From Raillietiella orientalis (Eukaryota): a DNA stretch of 64,000 nt. Location: NCBI GenBank assembly GCA_036172245.1, contig JAYWIR010000001.1:5084001-5148000 (forward strand), read 5' to 3'. Positions within the stretch are counted from its first letter, which is position 1. Every line of letters starts with the position of its first letter. A program made the position numbers and the translations under genes. This document shows, piece after piece, positions 13,336-26,769 of the stretch. Under the pieces are notes generated by a model. That model had not been told where the DNA came from, did not search any database, and saw only the letters and a list, made by a program, of their open reading frames with translations.

Positions 13336-14725
13336 GTGCAAGAAAGACCCCGGGAGATTAGCTGGCAGCAACCCCTCCACCCTTTCCGGTCCACAGAGAG
13401 CAGAACCGCCCGTCTCCTTCCTCTACTTCCTTTCTTTTCGGGGGAGACGTCCTGGCTCCATCTGCCTTCGAAGGACGAGGAGATTTATCCCTGCGTCTCA
13501 TTGGCAGACCCCTCCTCCTGTCTCTCCCGGATCGTCCGGTCGGAAGGAGGAAGGGGCATCTGTTGAGGGAGATGCGGGCTCGGGATAGATGGCTCCGCGG
13601 AGTGCTCGCTGCTGGAGGCTCTCTCCTCCCTGCTTCCCAACTTCCTCCTTCGGCCACAGGACAACTTTTTTCGGATGGCAGCGGCGCGGAGACCTCGATC
13701 TTTCGCCGCCGCCGGCGCTGCCGCGTCCTCCCGCCGCTTCTCGAGGGCGAGTCTCGAGGGTCAGCAGGGTGCAAGACGGTCCGAGGTCTCGAGGGTGCAG
13801 AATGAGGGAACGAACGGGCTCCCTAATCTGAGGAGGCCTCCCCCGCACTTCCCTCACTTCTCTGCAAATCCGCGGCAGAGGGCTGCTGCCGCGGGACTCG
13901 CGAGCAGCTCCCAGTTTGCTTCTCTTCCCGTTCCCTCCACGCCCAAGATGTCCCCTCCGGTAGTCAGATGACGCCACTCCAGGCGCGGGCGCGGCGACGG
14001 CTCATCCCGATTATCGAATTTTCTTCCCGCTCGATCCCTCCTCCTCCCGATTACGGTCCTCGGGAATTCCAAGAGCCCCGTTTTTCATGCTTTGATGCAG
14101 ACGGAGCGCCCCTTTTGATCCCGGGTTCCCCCCCCTTTTTTTTTCCTCCTTCTTCCCGCCTCCTTTCTGCTTCCTCTTCCCTACCTCCCTTTTTTTTTTT
14201 TTTTTTCTCCTCTCATGGTTCGGGAGAACCGAACGATTCTCCCGCGGGCCCGCACCCTCTGCCTCCCCCGGCTGCGGTGGCGGCGACGGCAGCAGGCGAG
14301 TCGGGTTCGAGAGGACAGCAGCATGAGAGCCACCTTGCCCCTTCCTTCCTGTCCCTTTCCATTCTGCCTTTACCATACGAGCCACTCTCATCCCCCTCGG
14401 ACCCTTTCGCACCCCTCTGCTGCCTACTCCCTTCTTGCCAGGAACCCTCCCTGCTCCCTCTTCGGGGGAAAACCCTGGCCCAAGGGACCTCATGGGCGAG
14501 GCGCCTCCGATAGGAAGCTACGCAGCCACCGGTTAGACCCAAGGGCGAAGCAGACGGGAGAGGGGAGAAAAAGAGGAAAGGGACCTTCCCAGTCCTACGC
14601 CTTGGAGCGCGTGAAGGCTGGGGGAAGGCCGCGTCGCCCGAGACTTCGAGAGGTGCGGTCGTCAGACGGCGGGCGGGAGCTGGCTACGGCAGCTCCCGCC
14701 CGCACCCACTCCCACCCTCACCCCA

Positions 14726-15654
14726 CTTCCGACAAGAGTCTGAGGGCTGGGCAGGGGTGGGGAGAAGACGCAGCTCAGACACCCTCCCCCACTTACTGGA
14801 CACGCAACCCGTGCGGCATCCCCTGGAGTGGCCAAGCCATCTATGCTCTCTGCAGCATGAGGGAGCAACAGGGAGCGCGGGGCAACGCTCCGTTCGGAGG
14901 ACAAGGATCATCGCAGGGAAGCGGCGACCGATGAGTAGAGGGTGCCGGTGGCAGATGAAGGATGGAGGACCAGGAGGAGAAAAAGGGAGGAAAGGAGGAG
15001 GAGCGGAGAGGTGGAGGAGAAATGAAGGAGGAGGAGGAAAGGAGGAGGAAAGGAGGAGGAAAGGAGGAGGAAAGGAGGAGGAGCGGAGAGGTGGAGGAGA
15101 AATGAAGGAGGATGAGGAAAGGAGGGAGAGAGGAAAAGGAAGAGGAGGAGAAAAGGAAAAGCAGAAGGAAGGGACGATGAAAGGGGGAAGAGGAAGGAGC
15201 GAGGAGGGACGGAGGGGGAAGGATGAAAGAAGGAAGAGGAAAAAGAGAGAAGGAACAGAGGGAAGAGGAGGAAAGGAGGAGGAAGAGGAAGGGAGGAGGA
15301 GAATGGGAGGAAGGGAGTTTCATTGGTTAGGGTAAAAGAGCAGAGAGGAAGACAGGCACTGGGGACATTTGTGCTGCGTTCTCCGCTCTTCCTTCCCTCA
15401 CCCTTCTTCCCGTGTTCTCCTCTTCCCCTTTCCTTCTTCCCTGAGCCCCTTTCCCTGAGCTCGCGGACCTCCAGGGGCGCGAAGGACCTCACGAGACGGC
15501 GCGCCTCGCTCTCGTTGAGGAGATGCTGGGAAGGTCGCGACCTTCTTTCAGAAGAGTGACAGGCTGTCACCCTCTTCCGCCTTCTTTCGTCCCTCGTCTA
15601 CCGCTTCCCTTCCTTCTCCCCACCCCTGCCCAGCCCTCAGACTCTTGTCGGAAG
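14726..15654. repeat. Perfect 42-bp inverted repeat (arms 14726-14767 and 15613-15654)
   Basis: CTTCCGACAAGAGTCTGAGGGCTGGGCAGGGGTGGGGAGAAG and its exact reverse complement, 845 nt apart. Confidence 0.95.
14960..15315. repeat. Polypurine (GGA/GAA) low-complexity tract
   Basis: About 350 nt of almost pure A/G, with an internal duplication of GGAGCGGAGAGGTGGAGGAGAAATGAAGGAGGA. Confidence 0.9.
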
Positions 15655-18600
15655 GAGGTCGAGAGCCACCGTTTCTCCTAGCAACCGGAGGGCAGGAAAC
15701 TCTGTAGGGGCCACCCTCCTGGAAGGGAGTGGGAAGGCAGCAGGGTGCAAGACGGCTGGGGAAGCGGGTGACGCCGGTCTGCACGCAAGAGGGGACGCTG
15801 TGGTCAGCATGCTTAGGAGTGCTCCTCGCCTCTCCCGTCAGGAGGAAGGCTGGAGTACCGAGTGGGCGTCACATTTGTGCCTTCCTCCCCTCTCCCTTCT
15901 CTTTTTTTGCTTTTGCCTGTCGAAGTGGGTCCTTGGCAACCCTGACGAGAGACCTGCTTGCAGTGAACCCCTTCCCCCTCCTCCCGTTTTGTCAGCAGGA
16001 GTCGTCGTCCTGCACTGTCCCGCTCCGCGACCGAGAGGTCCTGAGCACGGAGCGCTCCCGTCGCCAGCCCGTCGTTCTTGGCAACATCCTGCAAGGTCTC
16101 CGGTAGTCCGAAGGAACGGGTGAGGGGAGAGGCGCTCTGCCAACATGGGACCGGGATGGGGGCGTGGTAGATCCCATGCCCACCCCGGCCACGGGGCGTC
16201 TTGAAAAGACTTCGCCGTGCCCTCTCTGGATGGGAAGGCTCCTTTCCTCCTGCCCTCCCGCGTGTGCTGATACTGCGCGCAGCGAAGCCTCCGGTCGCCG
16301 CCGCCGCACCTGGAGCGGCGCTCCGGAGCAGCCGCGGGGAGGGGGGAAGGAGAAGAGGAAAACAGAAAGAAGCTGGTGGCCAGTCTGCGGCTGTCAGGGC
16401 CAGATCGGGTTACGCAGCAGGAGAGACGCGCCGACCCTTCATCGTCTTCCTCCTCCGTCCCGGACGATGGGGGGAGAGGAGGGAAGGGGGCGTTTCCTGG
16501 GGGCGCGGTAGTCCTCACTGCCTTCTGGAAAACGACAGCCCACAGGGACAGGAGGATTAGAGGAAAGGGCGGGGTTACCCCATTCCCTTCCACGCACCCA
16601 GCACATCCGCGCCCTTTCTCTCTCGAGCTTCCCGTTCCCTGGTGATACCCTGCAGAACCGGGTCGCAGGAGGCACACGGACGTCCTGCGAGGAAGTTCCC
16701 CGGGCTGCAAAGTCGGGAGAGGCGGAGAAGAGCTTCCACCGACCCCTACGAGCCTCAGGTCAGGGTGCGCGTTTTCACTTCCGATGTCGCGAGAGCGAGG
16801 CGGCCGCATGGTTCAGCGCCCTTCCTCCAAACACGTCTTCCAGGCCACCCCTGTTGCACGAGCAGAGGAAGAGGACTCTCGAAGAATCGCCTTCGGGGTT
16901 CCTCGGAAAGGTCTATTTCCTGGTGCGTCCGTCGGAGCAAGCAGCAGCGAGGGCGCCCCCGCCATGGAGATCGACATCACCGCCAGCGCACCCGGGTGGG
17001 GGAGGAAGAGGAAGGAAGGATACATCCCTCATCTGGCACCCCTTTGCCAAGCGACCACACGAGTAGGTAACGGTCTCTGCCTCCGGAACAAGCTGCAGGG
17101 GACCCCAAAAGGGTTGCCACGAGACGGGGCTGGCAAACCAGCAGAGGCAGCCATGGGTCAAACGAGTGGAGAGCTGGTCAGCTCTTTGAGGCCGCACGCG
17201 CACAGGGAGGCAGCTGCACTCGCTCCCACTGGTCACGGAACTCCCGGAGGCAAAGAGGAAGAAGAGGGAGCACTAGAGGAGACGCTAGGGCAAATACGAG
17301 AGAGGGCACTTGCCATCACGGACGCAAGAGCGCGCGAGTCGCCGCTGCTCCCTCCTCCCGCTTTCCCTTTCGACCAGAACTGCATCTTTCCATAACGCGC
17401 GATTTGGTGCATCCGGCAGCGACTCTTCTCCTGTGATCAGCACGCGTCTTCATCGGCGAAAAAAAAAAGAGGGAATAAACCCTTTTCCCTTCCCTCCCCT
17501 CCCCCCTTCATTCTTCCTGTCCTTCCTTCTCCCCATGTTTAAACAGTGCGTCGCCTGCCCATCAGAACGAGCGGCGGACGTCGACTCGGGGTGACGTCAG
17601 AGCCCGGGAGCTCTCGCTTTCTTCGCAAATCGTGGCAGCGGCGGTCTCTGCGTCGCGGGATCGAGGTCGGAGGGGGGGGGAGGAGGGGGGAGCAAGCAGG
17701 CTGAGGCGGCAGTCGTCGTCCTCCTTTCCCGCGTCGGGGTTCCCGCCGCCTCCAGGGCCCTCGATCCCTGATTCCGGAAATGCGTCGTTTCGCTTACGCG
17801 GCAGAAAATCCCGGCGCTCGTCCCCTCCCTCACGGGAAGGCGAGCGAGCTTGGCGGCAGCTGTTCCGCTTCCTGCTCTTCGAACCAAGGCGGTGGCGCGA
17901 AGCGGCGATCGGGTGCCCGCGGGAGAACGGAGGTCCAAGCAGCGCCCGTAACGTTACCTTCACCCTCCCCCCTCCTCTTCCGAAGAACCTGCGAGAGAGC
18001 CTTGGAGAGATCGGCTGCTGCGGCTTGCCCGTCGCTGCAACCATCACACGTCGGCGCCGGTACCACAGGCAGAGCGGCATGCGCCAAGAGCAACGCCTCG
18101 CATTTCCTCGCTCCGGCAGGACTGCAGAAGCGATACGCAAAGGGGCAACCGACTAGGATGCCTTGGCAACCCAGCATCCCTTTCACGCCTCCGCAGCTCC
18201 CCCGTGAACTGCACAGCAGCGGAATCCCTCGCGTGCGGTACTCGCAGCGGCATCTCGGCCGCCACGACGGAACCCGCGCCCACGATGCACGTGAGCCACC
18301 TGTGGCGTTGCGAGAGCGCGCGGGAAAAAGCGCTACGCCGGGCTTCGTTTTCGGCTTGCCGTTGCATCCGTTTCATCCTCCGACATCCCCAGATGTAGGT
18401 GGACTCCCCCTCTGCCCCACGAACGGCGGCGGCCTTTCTGCATGCATTTGCAGGGTGGTTGTACGTTTTCCGTTCTTGTTCCTGGAGGAGCGAGAACTAT
18501 GGTCTGCAAGTGGATCCATCCGGTGTTCTCATCCTGGAAAGGTCACCCCACGCCGGAAAGCTCCAGCCGTGAGGACGTCAGGCGCGCGGGAGCTTCGTTG

Positions 18601-21600
18601 CTCGAAGGCAGGAGTTGGTTCCAAAAAAAAAACTGCCCTGCTACCTCAGCGCATCGTTCCTTCTCCCCACGGATGTCACGGGGAGGGCAGAGGTCGCAGC
18701 AGTTCTTTTGTCAGGCCGGGCCGTTCGCTGAAGACCCGCGCGCCGAAGACCCGAACGCCGCGCACGTCGCTCGCAGCGGCGGCAGCAACTTTTTCGTTGC
18801 TCTCCCCCCCCCCCCCCGAGCGCGCGCAGCTATTACTTCGCTCCGCTCCTCTCGAGGACACGTCGAGCAGGGGCGTTGGTAGCTTCCGAGGAGAAAATGC
18901 GGCTGAGCATCGTCCCCGAAAGCAGCAGCAGCAGCTTCCTTGCGCTGCGGCAAGAGAGGGAAGGGGGTGATCCTGATGAGGGGGGAACCTGCTTGAGGTC
19001 CAGGCGGCAGGATGCAACGCGGCGACCCTTCCGCGCTCCCACCGGAAGGATGAACCAGACGCGGGAATCTCAGCCCGGATTCTGCGAGGCCAAGCACGTT
19101 GAATCTCCCATTGTTCCGCGGATCCCGGGGAAGGGGGAGGGGGACTGCTCCCGAGTTCGAGTGCCGCCCGAGGGAACGAAACCCTTTCGGCGCCATCGCT
19201 CGGCAACCGGGGAGTCCCCGCTCATCCGATCACGGTGATTGGTGGGAAGGTCGCGCACGACAGCTGCTTTGCCCCGGAAGGCACAGGTGAGTCGCCGTTT
19301 CCTTGACAACCTGGCTAAGCACACCGCCGCGATCGCGCATGCCCGGGACTCCGACCGCGACCCCACTCGCCTCAGAGAAGGGGGGGGGAAATCAACCCAA
19401 GCCTTTCACCACGCTACCAGAGACCCGCTGCAGGCGCTGGTCGTCCGCCCACCCACCCACACAGCGCGAGCGCGTCAACGGCGAATCCACGCCAGGGAGG
19501 AGGTGGCAGAAGGGATAGCAACTTGACCCCATCTGAGCGCCGCGCCCTCCACTGAGGCCAGCCGAAAGGGTCCCGCCGCCGCTGGATCAGTGAGGAAGGA
19601 TGGGGCGGCGTGGATTCCTCCCTACGAGACCCTGGAGCGACCGGGAAAGGGCGCCTAAGGGCTCTTCAGTCCGGACCCCAGCCCGTACGTCAGATGAGAC
19701 CCCACGGAACCTCACCGCTGACTCTGGCGGCGATCTCCCCCACAGGCTCAGCGACACGCAAGGATTCCTGGAAGAGCTTGCAGTGCCTCCTCCCGGTGCC
19801 TGAAGGGGATTTTCCATGGGCCGCGAGAAGGTCGGTGGGGTGGGGGAGGGGAGCGCGGGAGAAAGGAGCGAGGATCTGAGGCTGACTCAGCTGCACTCCC
19901 CACCCTCCCTCTCTTCCTCTGCACGGTGCCGGTACACGCGAGACGATGATGTGGCTTCCCCCGCAGGAGAACGGCGAAGTCGGCAGGCGCAACCTCTGCA
20001 GGACTGCAGCCTTAGGCGCCACATGACGGAGACACGGATGGCCGCAGGATGCCGTTGGAAACCGCCGCTCCGCGAACCGAAAGGGAAGGCAGGGAGGAGG
20101 AGGGTCCAGCAACTGACCTAAGAGCCACTCGCCACCTGACCACACTTGGGAACCCCCAAGGCAGGCGCTAGAGGTCCCACGGAGGAGCGCGTCGCCCAAG
20201 CTCGCCCTTCTCCCTCTGAGATCTGCCGATCTCCCTCGGGACGGCCAGCAGGACAAGCGCGACTCCGTTAAAAAACTGGAAAGGCGGTGACGTCTCCGTT
20301 CGGATATCAGACGAGCAGAGGCTCCAGGAAGCACGATCTGCGCGGGAAGAGAGGGAAATTTTCTTCTTTCCTCTTCCGTTCTTGATTTTCTCAGCAGGAG
20401 AAGGAGGAAGCGAGGAAGAAAAGGAGGGAAGGGAGAGGAGGAGCCTATTCTCCCATTCAGGGAAAAAACCAGGATGGCAGAATGGGTAGGCAGGACCTTT
20501 GCTCCAAAACCGCACTTTCTGGGATCTCAAATTGGCAACGCGGAGCGCTGGCACACAGAAAGCTGCTGCTGCTCCTCCTCCTTGTTCTTTTCGTAGTCCT
20601 TCCGCTTCTTGCACTGGTCAGCCACTTCTTTTTCCGTGCATTGCATCCTTTGGGACCAGTAAAGAACCGAATTTCCATTCTGGATTTTCCCTGAACCGGT
20701 CGCCGTTTCTCTGTGGGCCTTCCGCTTCTTGCGGACTCCGAGCATCGTTCAGCAGAAAGCGTCGGACGATGACCTCTCTCGCCCTTGCATCGAAGAAGAA
20801 TCAGGTAATGGCAGACAGGAGAAGCGTGGCCAACGGCCACGGCCAACCTGTTGCCTGTGTTCACTCTCTCCTTCATCCTCCAGATGGCCTTCGGCCTTGA
20901 AAGGAGATCCTCACGGAGTCCGCACGCTTGCTTTCCCGAGCTCCCTCCCGACTTCCCGGATCCATTAAGGAAGGAGAAAGGGAAGAAGGATCGTTCCTTT
21001 CCGCAGGAGCGCTCGGCCTGAACGCCCTCCGGGTACGGACCGAGCTCCTGAACCAGCACGCGCGGCGGCGGACCGACTCCCGAGCGTGGCCACGCGGCTG
21101 GGAGGGCAGCAGATTGGATCGACCGCGTGAGCGATGAGAAGCAGTCGCGGTCCGCGGCGACTTGACAACAGCAGGCGGGCGAGGCGCACGAGCCGTGCGC
21201 GCTTTTCCTCCTCCTCCTTCCCTCCCTCACACGCATCTTTCTTGATTGCACTCCTTGCACACCGTGGCGGGACGGAACGGAGCCGTTCGGGGAGAGAAGC
21301 GAGAGTTCATCGTCATCCTCATCTGCATCCTCTTCCTCATCGCATTCATCCTTATCCTACTCCTCCCCCTCTTCTTCCACCCTTCGCATGCAGGCTGAAA
21401 GCAGCTGCTGCTCGTGCCCACCGGGAAACGATCTCTCAGCATCGGATAGGAGTGTGCAACAGGGAGAGGGAAGAGGAGGGACGATGTGTGGGGGGGGGGG
21501 AGGATAGCGGTGTGCGCGTGTGCTGGCGGGCAGGAAAAAAAAAGGTTATCCCCATCCTGAGATCGTGTGTGTGTTTGTGTGTGTTTCATTATTTTTTATG

Positions 21601-22625
21601 TTTCCCTCCTGCATGTTTCATGGCTCCCGGAGGCGGTGCGGGAGAGGAAGGACTTGCTTTCGGCGGGAGTCCAGGGAGGGGAAGTAGGAGGAGAGAGGGC
21701 GGCCGGGAGCGAAAGCGAAGCCGAGAGCAAGTTCCGCGCCTGGACGGTCGGGGCTCTCGACCCTGAATTATTCAGGAATCTCCACGTAAAGGATCCCGGG
21801 AAGGACTCGCAATGATTCATCGGCTCGCAGCAGCGCGGATCGGCAAACACGCATCATTACAGCATTAAGATCAAGTTCGCAATGACGGCTAATGACGGAG
21901 CACGGCGGGAAGCACGGGGACTCCGCACTCGCTCTTTCCCTGGCAGCGGAAAGACAGGAGTCTAGCAGCGGCGGCGTCTCCGGACGCGCATCTTCCATGC
22001 CGTCGTCGAGGGGTCAGCGGTGGCTGACTGCCGCCGTGGACCCTGAAACTGGTTTTCCCGGCTGGAGCTTTGGGGGCGCCGCGCGCGGGTTGCAGCAGGA
22101 CTCGTCCGACAGGCGGCACACAAACGATGTCTTCGAGGAGTGTCTCCTCTCCAGGTGCGCGCGTGCTGCGGAAACCGCGCGCACGGTCCTCGGAGCGAAA
22201 TGACGCAGCAGTCGCCCGGTTCCGACACAGACGCTACTAAGGACCCCAGGGGGATTTCTAGTTCCGTGCCACGCGGGGGTTTTCGAGCAGCGTGGGTTCG
22301 GACGGGCGTGGAGGCGCGCGCGCGCCTTTAGCAAACAAGGAAAGAAAGTGAAAGTTGCGTCGCACGCCAGCCGGCGACTGGCGACAGACAATTTCTTTTC
22401 CTTTTCGTCTTTGACTCATTAAAGATGCATTTTGTTTGGCCGGCTCTCCCCCTGCCAGTGAGCATTCAAAATTGATACCTCATTATCCTAATCGGAAAAG
22501 AAGCATCGAATGGATTGCACCGCTCGCAGCTTCCGCTTGATCATCCGGAGAGGACGAGAGCATGAAAAATGCAGGTCGTAAGCTCTCCTTGGCGGCTCTT
22601 CCATTTCGGCAGTTCCTGCTCCGCT

Positions 22626-22628
<3 letters not shown>

Positions 22629-22717
<89 letters not shown>
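22629..22717. repeat. (CA)44 microsatellite
   Basis: Uninterrupted CA run. Confidence 0.98.
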
Positions 22718-22719
<2 letters not shown>

Positions 22720-25700
22720 CTCGACCCTTTTTCGACGTACAGTTTGGAACTCTTCAGGCACACCTGTTGCTAAAGAAATTCGCACCGTCCTCCTTCCCTT
22801 CTTCCGACTGGCGGAGATGCGCTGCTGTTCCTGGCCTCGCGCTGTTTCCGGTTCCATTTCGCGCCCGTGTGCTTGACCGTTCGTTGGGTCGGTCGGGCCC
22901 GGCCCACCGGAGAGGCACGCGTAGTTTGCTGTTTCCCGTCCTCGTGGTTTTCTCCGAACTCCTCATAGAGAGGCTTGCGAAAGGCACCTCGCGACAGTTG
23001 AAAGTCCCATTAACAGGGCAGCCGAAGGGCTGCTTCGCTTCCTTCCCTAGTGCCATCAGCACCAGAAATGAAAATTTGACCTGCCCACGAAACGCTTCAG
23101 CCGAAATCTCTGGTGCAAACGTTTGAAGAGCGGTCTCCGTCCTCGACTGTCTAAGAGACCATTTGGCCGCTAGCCACTGCATGCTTTGCTCTTGGCGCCG
23201 CTTCGTTGCAGTGTTGCTCGTTGCCAAGTGGCCTCTCCATCCCGCACTTTCGTTGTTTCACACCGGCAACTACCTAAAAGCAGCCTGAGTTCGTATTCTT
23301 GGTATTGGTCGATTCATCGATTGATTCTTGCCTCTTCTTCTGAAGTCTCTTCCAAAGTCCCTCTCCCTTCCTTCCTTTGCCCCACTCTCCTCACGCATGG
23401 AGGTGTTTTGATTGGAGAAACGTGGAAATTCTTCCACCCTCTGATGGAAAGGCAAGCAAGGTCAGCTCTGTGTGCTGAACACAAAAGAGAGCAGCTCACG
23501 ACTCGCAGAGGAAATCCATCACAAAAGAAGGCTAAGAAGCGATTTCCATGAGTCGTTTTGAAAGGGGTGTCGGATTCGCAAGCTCTCGCGGTATCAAACC
23601 CCTTCCCGCTTCGGATTTCCCTGTAGACGGCAAAAAAAAAAAAAGGGGGACATGACTCTCTCACGGATCCTTCATTTTGCGAACAAGCAGTCGAGAACAC
23701 ATCGAAAGAGGCGCTTAGGTGCTGGGGAAGAAACAACGTATGCAAAGCTTGAAACTGGTTCGTAAAAGGACGCGACAACCGTTGGAAGATGGAAAACCAC
23801 CACCGGGTCCTCGGAACGAAGTGACGTAATCGTTCACGAACGGGAAGCCGTGCGCACGTTGGAAACCGGAGAAGGGTTTCTGGAGTGCGTCACTCCTCCA
23901 AACCTCTATGTGTACGGAACACCGCGCTCCGGACACGAGAGCTTCCCTCCCCCTTACCAAAGTGCCACTTGCTCTCACCACGTGTGGAAGATGAACTCTT
24001 TCTCTCAGTCCCAGAGTGCATGGTGGTGGCAGAGGGAGTACGGCCGTTCCTTGTTATGCAGAGTGCTCGTCCTGCGCGTGCTGTTCGTGCACGAGGCACA
24101 CGATGGCTTTGCGTGCCCGGCGCGCGCAGTGCACGCTTGTCAAACCGCGCCAACAGCCGCAACCTGTGCCGGTGCCCACCGCTTCCTTTTTTCCTTTCTT
24201 CTGTACTTTCACTTCGCAGTTTACGTTCCTTTTGTTTACATTTACGTGTGTTTGCATGCTCGATTGTTTATTTACCTTGGCGTACACCGAGAATGGATGC
24301 CTTTCCGCTGGCTGTTCCTCCTGTTGCTCTGGGCTGAATCATCGTGGGACTCGCTGCTGGAGCGGATGGAAGGCGCGACCTCCTGAGGAACGCCTCTTTC
24401 GGGTGAGGCCCTATTGGCCCCACCCCAGCTTTACAAGGGAAAACAAGCCGAGAGAACGGTCATGTCGAGATGATGACGATTCGCTGGTCACGAACGGGAG
24501 GGCTGACATCATCAGAGAGGTCTCGGTGGGCGCGAGTCGGAGAATGGGATCGGGATCGGACAGGAAAGAGAGACCTCTTGAGACACCAGGAGGTCACGGA
24601 AGGAGGGTATCCCTGGAGGAAGGTGCAGAATACGGAAGAGGAGGAGGATGGCGACGGTTCCTGGAGGTTTGGGTGCGCCTTTGCAGCAGACCTTCGCTGC
24701 CACCCGGAAAGATGCAGCCTCTACAGCCCAAAGATCTACCCTGCCTTCCCTTGAGGAATTTGGAGCCTGCAGTGCAGCATGTCGAATCCATCTCCTTTCC
24801 TACACCTCTCTCCCCAAGATGGGCGGCATCCCTTATCTCTTGCCTCGGGCGTCTAGAAAAGGGAAGACTGACATCCTCCTGGCTGCTAACGGAGGATGTT
24901 TTCAAGGGATGCTGGAGAAGGAACGTGTTCCCCTATGCAGTTCCAAAGGAATGAACAGAATTGGGGGCTTCTGTCTCTCCCAGCCTTTGTTTATCTCCGC
25001 ATAATTTCCACGGCAACCCCATAGGCAAGTAACAGCTGAAAGCCGCCTGCGGCGCGATCTGTTGTGGCACAGCAACGTTGGGGCGGTGGCGCAGATGGAC
25101 CACGCGGAGGCGCTTCAGTGGCCAAGGATGTTTTGAGTGAAAAGGGGGCGGAGGCCAAGGCGGCTGCCTTCGCTCCAAAAAGAGGATGCAATTCCGAGAC
25201 GAGCAGGAGGATGAGGTGCGCGAGATCTTTCAACCTTCTCGGATGGCGAGCTGTTGCCAAGGTCAACCGGAGCCTGCAGCACGGAGGAAGCCTCCGGGCA
25301 CCCAGGAAAAGGAAGAGGGAAAAAAGGCGGGGCCAAGGCGACCCACGTCCTCGGGCTGGGATTGCAGCCCTTAGCGGTACAGAACTCGTGTCACCACCCT
25401 TACGGCACGCGCCCTCTAGGAAGGCCGGCAACTCGGGTGATCAGGCGAAAATCGTCTGCAGCGGGAACAGCAGTAGGCAGGCGCACTCCAGGAGACAGGG
25501 ACGGCGGTCCCGACGGTCCGGTGCGACGCTCGGGAAATGCCACCCACCCCTTTCCCCCCATTCCAAAGCAATGGAGGAAAAAAGCGCACCATGGGTCTCA
25601 TTGGCGCCGGCCGCATCCAAGAACGACTCCTACCACCATCGTCGTCGTCGTCCTCGTCCCTACCACCGCGAGAAGCTTGCTCTGATGAGGGGCTGAAAAG

Positions 25701-26712
25701 AAGGAGTGGGTGAAAATGGCGATCCGAGGAAGCGCGACGCACGGGAGCTCACAGATCGCGTGGGGGCTGCGGGATCGAATGAACCCGTAGCCGATGCGCA
25801 GAGCCTCCGCGGGAGTCCAGGAGGCCTCGAGGCATCCCGAGGAAGCGTTCGCATAGGGAGGGGGATTTGGCATCAAGGTCCACGACCGTTCGACGTGACC
25901 TCTTGAGATAACCTCCTCCTACGTGGGTTCTTGCCATGGGGGAACCCGGCTGCGTTGCACCACAGCTCGACGCCCAGCACGCCCGCCGATCCCCTGGCCG
26001 CGGCCCGGTGACAGGGAGGGAGCCTCTAGACGGGAATGGAGATGGTGGCAAAGAAGGCGGCGCGGGATCTCCGAGGGACCCCCACCGCATCAGTCAGGCA
26101 CAGCAGCCTCCCGGTCAGGAGGGAAGCCGTCGCGTGGCTGCGCTGCAACAGGAGCAGCGCAGCAGCCAAAGGAGAGCTGCAAAGGCTCTCCCCACAGAGG
26201 CCCTCGGGCACCGGACCCGCAGAGGCCCCGCGACCAGCACCAGAAGTCTGCAGCGGGAGACCGAGGGAACGACCGAGCGGGGGCTCTGGAGAAGGTGAAA
26301 GCGGATTGGAGGCACCCGGAGGCCGGAGCGGGCGCGTGGGGGAAGGAGAAAGGTTCTGAGGAGGAGGTGAGAGATCGGGAGGGGGGGAGTTCCCGCACCA
26401 GAAGGTTACGTGCTTCGAGGGTGTTGCCTCTGCGACCAGGCGAAAGGACTTCCCCGCGTGAGCGCAGAGCTCCTCGATCTGGGCAATCTGAAGGGGGCCG
26501 CTGACCGGAAGGGCACGATCAGAAGGAGGCTACTCTGCGAGAGTGAGGAGATCAACTCTACCCTGGGAGGCTTTCCCCTCGGAAGGGGGAGGAGCATGGC
26601 GGTGAGACGACGAAGACGGCGAAGGAGCAGAGTGGAGATGGTGAGAGTGGACACTACGATGATGGAGAAGGCGGCAATGATTACGACGTTGAGCGTGGAG
26701 ATGACGATGGGA

Positions 26713-26769
26713 GACCATGGAGACGACGACCGCGACCATGGAGATGACGACTGCGACCAAGGAGACGAC
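26713..26769. repeat. 21-bp minisatellite, ~2.7 copies, with more degenerate copies upstream
   Basis: GACCATGGAGACGACGACCGC / GACCATGGAGATGACGACTGC / GACCAAGGAGACGAC. Confidence 0.8.

Noticed and set aside
22750..23560. Moderate-GC coding-like segment, possibly a transposase remnant
   Set aside because: No ordered family motifs recognisable.
25782..25800. AACCCGTAG, matching the 5' end of miR-100
   Set aside because: The rest of the mature sequence does not match, and no hairpin is evident.
8511..26769. CRISPR-like arrays at the 28-bp and 21-bp repeats
   Set aside because: Head-to-tail units without spacers, no cas genes, and a eukaryotic context.
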